From positions 29,078,001-29,142,000 of the forward strand of contig NC_088805.1 of NCBI RefSeq assembly GCF_011386835.1: 64,000 nt of DNA, given 5' to 3'. Source of the stretch: Chrysemys picta bellii (Eukaryota). Shown piece by piece: positions 1-9,658 of this stretch. The notes beneath the pieces are model-generated. The model saw nothing but the letters and a program-made list of their open reading frames with translations. It made no database searches and had not been told where the DNA came from. The translations under genes and the position numbers were made by a program. The stretch's first letter is position 1. Each line of letters begins with the position of its first letter.

Positions 1-2330
1 TAAGGCATAGGTACAATCCGTTAGCAGAAATGAGCATTCTTCACTTCTCTGTAGTAGCAGCTGCAAGGCTTCAGGCTGGTACACCTTTCCTTTGCACTAA
101 TCTCTCGCTCATGTCAACATCCATAAAGTCTTTAAATATTTGAGATTGTTTTAAACTTTCACTCGACGTCTGTTTTTCCTGGGACATCTTAATTGTCAAC
201 TTTTAAGCATGGTGTATGGAGAATTAAACAAGGCAGTCACATCATTTTAATAGGGATTGTGTAGCTAATTCCCCACAAACGGCTTTGAAGCTTTATCCTG
301 TAAACCAGGAGGCCCAAACTTTGCCCAACTGAGCACCGCACTGGCATCTTCCCAGGAGCATAAGGCCACCTGTAGCTCGCATATAAAATGGATCGGATTG
401 TAGTTATCCTCATCTTTAATATGGAATGCTGGGCAACAAAAAATACTGGTCCCAGAATGCCATGCTCTCTTGTGATCCAACCAATTTCTGCTTTGTGAGC
501 AAGATGGAGTATAGCATGCAGGGACCTGTTCTCTCATGCAGGTTGCCTCCAGTATTAAAGGGGATCATGACAAGGCTTGCCTTATAGAATTCCACAGGCC
601 AAACTTTGGGCACTACTGCCTTAACCAGTGACCTGGTATTTCCATATGGCTTTGCTTTGGAAGCGAAGCCAAGATGGGATTCCCCAAAACCCCTTTGGTG
701 CTGCTATTTTGTAATCACCTGTAAGAAATAGCTTCAAACTGTTTCCACAATACAAAATATCCATTTTGTAGAAAACCTTAGAGTATTATGGCAACTACTT
801 CTAGGAGAAATCCAAACCAGGGCTAGAAAATGGGAAGGAAGACCTACAACTGGCTGGCTAGTTACTCAGCGTTGTGACCGAGTCCCTCCTCCATTTATCG
901 GTTTTAATTTATTTAAATGACAGGATGACTTTGTGCCGTTAGTAATTGCAAGATGGGTAAATTCAGGCCTGACTTAGAACGGTTTCAGTATTTTAACAGT
1001 GCAGGTTTGGAGGGGGAGAAGTCAAATTTCCAAGTCTCTGGTGGAAAAACTGCCTTTTGTAAGTTTACTTTGATATTGTCCATATACTAATTGAGACTAG
1101 ATTAATCTGAAATGCGTCGGAAGGAAGAGATTAAGGTGACACAGTTGAAACTGAAGGTCAAATGGCTTTATAAAATGAGAAAATGATTTATTTTACTTTT
1201 TAAAAATTAGTTAAATTTTTGAATTCAAAATTAAATACACTAATGGATTTCATTTAAATATTTAAGTACATTTTATTTTTTCTGCCCTATATCTTTATTT
1301 TTCAGTGGATGAAACTGCCAGGTATTTTGTCTTGATTGTGCATATTTTTGTTTGGTAATAAACTCCACCAGTTCTCCTTAGCAGACTGTAATATTTTAAA
1401 TATCTTGAATTGAAAGGGTCTGATGGATGGTACCCCATAAAAGAACCTTTCTTTATAAAAACACAAAGGATAAAGGAAGCTACTATGCGAGGGGTTCTTT
1501 TGTTTTTAAATAAAACTCTAAATAAATCTTTGCCTGAAATCATTTGACCTTTTTATATATTTTTTTAAATATATATCTGGCTTATCTTATGATTTGACTG
1601 TTTGGGGCTATTTAAAAAAGAAAAGATTAGAAGAACTTGTCTAGAAAGAGAATGTGTTGGCTTGGAAATAGGAAGTTGTTAAATGATATCATTACCACGT
1701 GTTTTTCCTTTGGAAATCTCTCTTGGAACTCTTCATATGCCATGTTTAACTTCTGTGTATTAAGAATATTTTCATTTCTCCTTTTCAGTGTTATCTGTAA
1801 TATTAGTTTATTTTGGATCAGTATTAGATTGTAAATATTATTCATCAGTGTACATAAAAAGTGATTTTACTAAACTTAAAAGGTATCTGGCTTTTTTGTT
1901 TGGATCAAGGCTGAATTTAAATCTTTGTAGCTCAAAAGGGAGAAAGGGACAGTCGTGTGGTCCACACCCAGGACAACTGGGCTCTGTTTCTCTCACTATG
2001 TCATCTGACCTCTCTGCTTCAGTTTTACCTGCCTGTAGTAGAATGGAATAGTCACATTCCTTTGTACCTCACAAGAGTGCTGGGTGGCCTAACTTATTCA
2101 TATTTGTAAAGTGCTTTGAGATAAAATGTGCTGTGTTTAAGGGCAAACTACAAAACTGGGCTAGACAAAGTACCAGAAAATAAAGGTAGGTGACAATCTC
2201 ACACTGATAATTATAGGTGGGGCAAGATAACCTGTCATCTCTTCTTTAGTAACTATGATGCCTCCCTGTAGATGGCAGCATTATACACTCAATAAGAATA
2301 CAGTTTAGCCCCATTCTGTCAGAGTATATA

Positions 2331-2670
2331 CAGTAGAACCTCAGAGTTACAAACACATCAGGAATGGAGCTTGTTGGTAACTCTGTTCAGGGTTACAAAC
2401 ATTTCAAAGAGTTACAGTTGTTCTTTCAAAAGTTTACATAAACAACTGAACATTGACTTAATACAGTTTTGAAAGATTACTATGCAGAAGAAAAATGCTG
2501 CTTTCCCTTTATTTTTTTCATAGTTTACATTTAAACAGTACTGTACTGTAGTGGCTTTTTTTCTTTTTTGTCTCTGCTGCTGCCTGTTTGCGTACTTCCG
2601 GTTCCAAAGGAGGTGTGTGGTTGACTGGTCAGTTGGTAACTCTGGTATTTGTAACTCTGAGGTTCTACTG
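2331..2670. mobile_element. Non-autonomous Tc1/mariner (Tigger-like) MITE
   Basis: TIR CAGTAGAACCTCAGAGTTAC / GTAACTCTGAGGTTCTACTG, flanked by TA on both sides (2329-2330, 2671-2672). Confidence 0.85.
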
Positions 2671-2716
2671 TATAACTTACTGTAGCTGTAATGTTTGAGT
2701 TGCGGAGATAAAGTTG

Positions 2717-2789
2717 ATGGTAGCTAAGACTCAATTTAATGTTTTAAATCTACTATGGTAGCTAAGACTCAATTTAATGTTTTAAATCT
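2717..2789. repeat. Local tandem duplication, period 38 bp
   Basis: ATGGTAGCTAAGACTCAATTTAATGTTTTAAATCT at 2717-2751 and again at 2755-2789. Confidence 0.9.
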
Positions 2790-4377
2790 GATGTCTCGTT
2801 TTACATTTGGTGACCCCACGCTGTAAGGGTATTCCTGGAAGCAGAAACTAGTTATTCTTATTTCCTTAATGAGTTGCATAAAGGGAAAACTCTCACAAGG
2901 CACTGCATTAAAGAAAATGAAGCTGAAGCAAAGGAAGGCATTGCAAGGTTTTGAGTTCACTATGTTGCGATTTCTATCTGGAATGATGTTGCTTTCATAA
3001 GAACTTTACACAAATGGGAACTGTCCCAAGATTTCCCGTAGAATTTTGTTCAACCTTTCAGTAAAGAACACCCTCTACTAGGAGACTGATGTTTTTTCTT
3101 GCTTCTTGGGTAGTTAGTTAACTCATACTTCACTGTATTACAGTCTGCATTTGATATCAGTCAGATATCTTCAGAGCCCGGTTAGAATATGGCAGGAAGA
3201 CGGGAAAAGACTGACTGTCCAAAGGCACGTTCTGATTGATGCTACACCGTGACACCAACCCAATGAGGAGCTCATCAGTGAAAAATGCTTAAGAAATCTC
3301 TGCACTCCTAAAGTTGACAGGGAATGGAGGGGAGACGTGCTGAAGATAGGCAGGCTGGGGCTGGAGGGAGATGGGGAGGACACGGTAACAGCAATTTTGG
3401 GGCATTGCTGCCTCTCCAACCCACTTTCAATTGTAAATAACCTAACTGTTCAGTAAAACTATTTTTAATCATTAGCATAATAGAAAGTGAGTGGCTATTT
3501 GATCTGTAAAGCATCGCTGGGACATAGCATCCATGTTGCTGGAGAAAGGAGGAAAGAACAGGCCTAAAAAGTCCCGGTAACTTAAAAAGAGAGATTACAA
3601 AACCCCCAACAAGCTGTGTAGACGTAAAATTGTAGCGGGCAGGAAGCTTTCAAGCCTCTTCATTTTCTCACCCTACTGTGAGAATATCTCCCAGAGCAGA
3701 AGGCTGCATTGCTCAGTGCATGCAACCCACTTTCCAAAAAAACAATTAAAAATATATATATAAAATGTCAGCTTATGAGCAGCAATAGGGTGTTTAGAAA
3801 AGGGCAATCCGCTAGCCAGTGTGCCAAAAAGCATTCATTAATAACCCAAGGTGTGTCTTGTTGCTATATTAGGGCCCAATGAGTGACTGAGGCATTATTC
3901 ACCACCCTTTATCTTTCCATTGCCTTATTCATTCCAAATTTATATCGAGTAGAATCCCAGGGATCCAAATCTCCATTTCATGCCCATCCCTGCATGGGGG
4001 AACACATGGCTGCATTCTGAGCTTCATGCCGTAGAATGTTCACATTCAAAGAGGCACGAAGAGAAACAGACACGATCTGGGCCATTCCATTGCCGCAAAA
4101 GTTTCCGGAGTAACATTTTATAAGTGTTATCCTCTTCCTAGTTTAGGCGCCTACATTTCCTTTCACAGACAGATTTGTTAGTGTTTCTGTGCTGTATAAT
4201 ACAGCGGAGTTGGGCTCTCTGGCTGACCTGCTGCTTTGTTGGACGTAGTATTGCCCTGCCAGACAGAGAGAGCACCCCTGAAAATACAAAAGACACAGAT
4301 GGGGAGGGTGCCCATAAAAATGTATGTGAAAGGTGGCAGGCAGCTTTGATACTCCAGGTGGATCTAGCTGGTGATAT

Positions 4378-4600
4378 GTAAGGAGGGTGTGGGGAATATA
4401 ACTTGGTCATTAAAATGTTCAGAGTCAGAGAGGGAGGCAGTTAGCTGGGGGTATGGGCAGCAACTAGCAATGGAGAAAGGGGCATTACCTTTGTCTTTTT
4501 AAGATGCTGGGCTGTACTGGGTGAAGGAGCTGCTCTGTGATTGAATTAAGGGCAGTACTGCTGCGTTAACACACCCCAAGATTTCCCTTCTCTGCTGCAG
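4378..4600 (+). other. Putative 5' UTR intron of ADAM gene A
   Basis: Donor GTAAGG at 4378, branch-like GTTAAC near 4565, pyrimidine tract and CAG acceptor ending 4600. The same signals are conserved in paralog B. Confidence 0.6.
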
Positions 4601-4673
4601 TTTGGGCATCAGCAACCATAAGTCAGAGCCAGAGAGCATTCAGTTTAATCCAGCGTTAATACCGAGGAGTCTG

Positions 4674-6869
4674 ATGGCAAGGGACAGAGTGCTGCTCCTC
4701 AAACTGGGCATCTCCATGGTGCTGCTGGGGTCTCTCCTTCCCAGCACAGGCGCTAGTCCTCATCCACCTCCACGGTTTGCTTCCTATGAAGTGATAGTTC
4801 CAAGGAAGCTAGCACCGAAGGAAGGCAAAGCCACCAATGATGAGGTGTCCTATGTCATCAAGGCAGAAGGAAAGAACCACATTGTTCACCTAAAGCAGAA
4901 GAAAGGATTCCTAGTAAAAAATTTCCCAGTCTTCACTTACGATGCTAGAGGTCAACTGAGAGTAGATCTGCCCCATATTCCAGACGATTGTTACTATCAT
5001 GGGTACGTGGAAGATACCCCAGAGTCTCACGTGGCCCTCAGCACCTGCTCTGGACTCAGAGGGTTTCTCCAGATTGGGAGCTTAAACTATGGCATTGAAC
5101 CTGTGGAGACTTCCTTTACATTCCAGCACCGTCTTTATCGGACAGAGGAGATGGAACCCAAGGCTGTGACGTGTGGATTAACCGCCAAAGAGATCAAATA
5201 TCAAGCTTCTGAAACAGAGAGGAGGCAGGTTCCCAAAGCACAGGAATTTCATCCCTGGACGCACACTAAGTATATGGAGCTTCTTATAGTGGTGGACAAA
5301 CTGCGGTTTGAATATTCAGGCAGAAATATAACTAATGTTTCAATGCAAGTTGTTGATGTAGTCAGTATGGTGGATGAGCTTTTTTATCCTCTTCGTCTTC
5401 GCGTACTACTAACTGGACTAGAGATTTGGACAGAAAGCAACCCCATCAAAATTACACACAATATAAGTGAGGTTCTTTCCAATTTTAACCTTTGGAGAAA
5501 ACGTCACATTTATCCACGGGCGCCACATGATGTAGGACACCTGTTTGTGTATATGAACTTTGGAGCAAACATTGGAAAAGCGTACCTGAGAAGTGTCTGT
5601 GATAAGAAACGTGCATCGGGTGTCGAAGCATTCATGCATGGCCCTTCAAAGGAGTTTGCTGTGCTTGTTGCTCATGAGTTGGGACATAATATTGGCATGA
5701 AACATGATGGAAAAGAGTGCGTATGTGCCAATGACAGTACCTGCATCATGAATGCGCATCATATACAAGTCCATCAATTCAGTAACTGCAGTTCTAGAGA
5801 CTATTTTGACCTAACAGTGTCAGGGCAAGGACGCTGTCTGAATAACATCCCAGAAATTGAAAAACTATTTCACGTGCAGCATTGTGGCAACTTCATAGTT
5901 GACCCAGGAGAACAGTGCGATTGTGGCTCCAAAAAGCAATGTAAAAAAGACCCTTGTTGTGATCACACTTGCCAGTTGAAGCCAGGGGCTATTTGTGATT
6001 TGGGACAGTGCTGTCACAAATGTCAGTTTCTTCCAGAAGGAAGAACATGCAGAAAGAAGACAAGTGAATGTGACCTGCCTGAGTATTGCAATGGGACTTC
6101 TCCGTGGTGCCAAGAGAATGTGTATATGCAAGACGGGACTTTATGCAGTGACAATGGCTACTGTTTTCATGGGTTTTGCTCTACTCACAATTTACAATGT
6201 CAATACCTCTTTGGCAAAGCAGCCATGGCAGCTCCAGAAAGTTGCTTCAAAGAAGTGAACTCAAAAGGGGATCGGTTTGGCAACTGTGGAGGGGATGGGG
6301 GAGATGTAAAGTTTGAGGCATGTAAATTGGAAAACATCTTGTGCGGAAGGGTGCAGTGTGTGAATGTAAAAAGAATACCGCGGGGAGAGGATCATACGAC
6401 CATAATTCAAACTCCAGTGGATAATATGTGGTGCTGGGGTACAGACTTTCACGTGGGGATGGAGCTTTCTGATACTGGTATAGTAGACGATGGCGCAAAG
6501 TGTGGTACAAATAAGATTTGTATTAACCATACATGTGTCAATGAGACAACAGTGCTGACATCCAACTGTACTGTAAAGAAGTGCGGCGGCAGAGGGGTTT
6601 GCAACAGTAATGGGAACTGCCACTGTAATGACGGTTGGGCCCCTCCGAACTGTCAGTTCGCCGGCTTTGGAGGAAGCATTGACAGTGGGCCCCCACCACT
6701 TTCCAAAATTGGACTCTTTAGTTTTGTCGGGACTATTGTGGGCATAACCATTGCTGCCGCTATAGTCGCTGCAGCTATTGCTCTCTTACTTAAAAAGCCT
6801 GTAACAAAAGTGATTCGTAGCGCATCTGAAAGCGTTGCGCAAATAAATCTCTCTCGCAGGAGCATGTAA
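4674..6869 (+). CDS. ADAM metalloprotease-disintegrin, single coding exon, copy A (ADAM1/fertilin-alpha-like by synteny; may be labelled ADAM20/21-like by similarity)
   Basis: Uninterrupted ORF: signal peptide, prodomain, reprolysin domain with HELGHNIGMKHD and Met-turn CIM, disintegrin loop KTSECDLPEYC, Cys-rich and EGF-like domains, TM helix, short tail. First ATG is at 4674; the ORF-track start at 4602 is TTG. Confidence 0.93.
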   Translation: MARDRVLLLKLGISMVLLGSLLPSTGASPHPPPRFASYEVIVPRKLAPKEGKATNDEVSYVIKAEGKNHIVHLKQKKGFLVKNFPVFTYDARGQLRVDLPHIPDDCYYHGYVEDTPESHVALSTCSGLRGFLQIGSLNYGIEPVETSFTFQHRLYRTEEMEPKAVTCGLTAKEIKYQASETERRQVPKAQEFHPWTHTKYMELLIVVDKLRFEYSGRNITNVSMQVVDVVSMVDELFYPLRLRVLLTGLEIWTESNPIKITHNISEVLSNFNLWRKRHIYPRAPHDVGHLFVYMNFGANIGKAYLRSVCDKKRASGVEAFMHGPSKEFAVLVAHELGHNIGMKHDGKECVCANDSTCIMNAHHIQVHQFSNCSSRDYFDLTVSGQGRCLNNIPEIEKLFHVQHCGNFIVDPGEQCDCGSKKQCKKDPCCDHTCQLKPGAICDLGQCCHKCQFLPEGRTCRKKTSECDLPEYCNGTSPWCQENVYMQDGTLCSDNGYCFHGFCSTHNLQCQYLFGKAAMAAPESCFKEVNSKGDRFGNCGGDGGDVKFEACKLENILCGRVQCVNVKRIPRGEDHTTIIQTPVDNMWCWGTDFHVGMELSDTGIVDDGAKCGTNKICINHTCVNETTVLTSNCTVKKCGGRGVCNSNGNCHCNDGWAPPNCQFAGFGGSIDSGPPPLSKIGLFSFVGTIVGITIAAAIVAAAIALLLKKPVTKVIRSASESVAQINLSRRSM

Positions 6870-6928
6870 AAATAAGGCAGCATTAGCTTCAAAAAGCCAG
6901 TGCAGAGTGGCAAGTCCATGGTTTAGGG

Positions 6929-7245
6929 CAGGGGTCGGCAACGTTTGGCATGTGGCTCGCCAGGGTAAGCACCCTAGCAGGCCGGGCCAGTTTATTTATC
7001 TGTTGACGCGGCAGGTTCGGCCGATCGCGGCCCCCCGTCCCGGACCAATGGGGGCGGCGGGAAGCCGCGGCCAGCACATCCCTCGCCCGTGCCGCTTCCT
7101 GCCGCTCCCTTTGGCCCGGGACGGCAAACCGCGGCAAGTGGGGGCCGCGATCGGCCGAACCTGCCACGTCAGCAGGTAAATAAACTGGCCTGGCCCGCCA
7201 GGCGCTTACCCTAGCGAGCCGCGTGCCAAACGTTGCCGACCCCTG
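6929..7245. mobile_element. Palindromic hAT-type MITE in the 3' UTR of ADAM A
   Basis: TIR CAGGGGTCGGCAAC / GTTGCCGACCCCTG. Perfect 8-bp TSD GTTTAGGG (6921-6928, 7246-7253). Confidence 0.92.
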
Positions 7246-7401
7246 GTTTAGGGTTTCTCAGAGCAGTTGTGGAAATGCCTGGGGAACCCTGCCAGAGAAT
7301 CGATGGGTCCGGATGACTAGTTTCAATAGGACTCATGTAAATTTACTTTATACATACGCACACACACTTTTGGCAGTTTGTTCTGTTTTTAAAAATATTT
7401 A

Positions 7402-7407
7402 AATAAA
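7402..7407 (+). terminator. Candidate polyadenylation signal of ADAM A
   Basis: First AATAAA after the stop codon and the MITE. Confidence 0.45.
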
Positions 7408-8948
7408 TTTGGTCTTGGAATCAAATAGCAAAACGGTCAGCGAATTAAAAAACGGATGGATTTAAATCTATTGATCATCCCCCCGCCCCCCCATCAGCCC
7501 TAAGCAATTCACAGCTTGTCTGTGCCAGGGTTTGTAACTGGGGTCTGACTGGAATCCGGCAGCCTTGCTTCCCCGTTCATCCCCAATGTGTTTTTTTAGG
7601 ATACTGGTGAAGTGGCACACAAGCTGGCAGAAGAGGGGCGAGACCCAATTGGGAGTTTTAAAAACGTAATATGTAGGGCTAAGGTTCCTATTTTTTGCCA
7701 TTTTTTTTCTTCACAACCCACAGTTTTTTCCCTCAGCAGAGACTGGTAGCACCTAATATTGTCCCCTTCAGTAAAAGTCAGCTTTCCAAATGGCCGTCAT
7801 CTCTCCTTGTTCTCAGTGAGACAGAAGCCACAGGCAGCCCTCAGTTAAGATGGCTGCCACTTCCCTACAGCCTGTGGAGGAGGGCTTTAGGCAGCTCTTA
7901 AAAGAAATGGACACTGTCCATGTCCCCCATTGTTACCCATGGGGCTAAAGTACTGGTGCCCTGAGGGAGGAGGGTGGCCTCATATTCTCTGAGGAGGCAG
8001 AGAGGGGCACTGTGAAGAACAGGAGGGCGGAGTGAGAAAGGGCCGTTGTCCCCAAGGGAAGCACACTAGCATGGGCAAATACAGATGAGTGAAGGAAGAA
8101 GCCGTGGAGGCTTCCCAGAGAGGGTCAGGAGGGAGGTGGGTTATCGGTAAGGGCAAAGGCTAGAGTGGGATCAATGGCAGCCACTCCCGCCTTACCCCAC
8201 CCCAGGGCGTAGGAGAGGGCAAGTGGAATCCCCTCCAAGCAGCCAGCAAGGGGCGGGGGGATGACCCCTTTTTGTGGTTTTTAGCAGTTCAGGTTGAATT
8301 TTGAAGCTCACAGAAAATCAGGGTCGGGCAGCCTCACCCCTGTAGGCTCAAAGGTCAGAACGCAGACCAGGAAAAAAAAAACAGTTTAACAAAACAAAAC
8401 AAAACAAAAAAGAAGTCCCTCGCTGTTTAAAATAATCTCCTGCTACGTGGGGAGCTGAGTCATGATTTTTAAATGCTTGTTTTTGGCAACACAGCCTATG
8501 GCCCTCCTGCATTTTCCCCCTTCACAAGCCCCTGTCCCCAAGCCTCAGCATAGTAGCTGCTGACAGCCATCCAGCGCCCCATTCACCAAATTGTCCCCTT
8601 CCAACACATCAAAGGATTTCTCCAGGCACACACAACTCATTATCTTAACACTGGGCGGCGTTGGAAAAGGAGGTAGTGGAAGACTGACATGGCTGAGGGC
8701 CGGGATGGGTGCTCTGTGGTGTACAGGAATCGGGGCAGTGCTAAATGCTAGATACCATTTCATTTCTGTCGTGCAGTCGTGGCACAGGTCCCACGTGCAG
8801 CACTATTTTAATTGCGTCACAACCAGGACTTTTGTGAATTGTAGCTTGAATAGCTGCACCAGCTCTTGTGAGAACTGACTCAAGGAACGGGGCGTAGCTG
8901 GGCTTTCACGGCGCTGGGTTCTGGCATAGCTTGGAAACGTGCTAGTTT

Positions 8949-8991
8949 TACACACACACACACACACACACTCACACACTCTCTCTCTCTC
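8949..8991. repeat. (CA)n-(CT)n compound microsatellite
   Basis: Visible dinucleotide runs. Confidence 0.9.
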
Positions 8992-9414
8992 TCCTGGAAA
9001 GCCCTAAAGTCTGTCTCGGCACAAACCACACATGGCTACGTTCTAAGCCCCTCTCCAACCCGAGCCACATGCCGTAGAATGTTCACGTTTAAAGAGGCAA
9101 CAAAACAATCAACCGCCATCCCGGCCATTCCATGGCAGCAGGAATTTCAGGGGTTAAACATAACCCGTTTTTTTTTGTTTTGCCCATTTAGAAGCCTGGA
9201 TTTCCTTGCATACAGCGGTTTGTTAGTGGAGCTGTGCTTTATTATATAGTGAGACGGTCTGTTGCGCTGTGGTACTTGGTATCACACAAATGGTGAGCAC
9301 AATCCATTGATGTTACAAAAGCGAGATGGGCGAGGAAGGAGCCCACAGAAATGCGGGTGTGAAAGAGGGCCGGCCCCTTTGTGCATTACTTGATGCTGAT
9401 CTGGAGCGTGAAAT

Positions 9415-9611
9415 GTAAGGGGACAAGTTTTACTGGGTCTACTCACTAAAGCTCAGAGAGGCAGTTGGCAGCGGGCATGGGCAGCAGTTGGGAGTGGCGA
9501 GAGAGAGGCATTACCTGCTGCTTCTTAAGATGAGAAGGAGCCACTCGGTGATTGAATTAACGACCGTGCTGCTGAGTTAACACACCCCACAATTTCCCTT
9601 CTCTGCTCCAG
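9415..9611 (+). other. Putative 5' UTR intron of ADAM gene B
   Basis: Donor GTAAGG at 9415, GTTAAC branch-like motif, pyrimidine tract and CAG acceptor ending 9611. Homologous to 4378-4600. Confidence 0.6.
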
Positions 9612-9658
9612 TTTGGAAAGCAGCGACCATAAACCAGACCCAGAGAGGATTAGCGTTA

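Noticed and set aside
1-650. ORFs at the window start as MAPKAPK5 last exon
   Set aside because: No frame matches the MAPKAPK5 C-terminus as I recall it.
4602-4673. 24-aa N-terminal extension of ADAM A in the ORF track
   Set aside because: It starts at TTG just after the splice acceptor. The upstream exon joins in frame but has no in-frame ATG, and the signal peptide fits ATG 4674.
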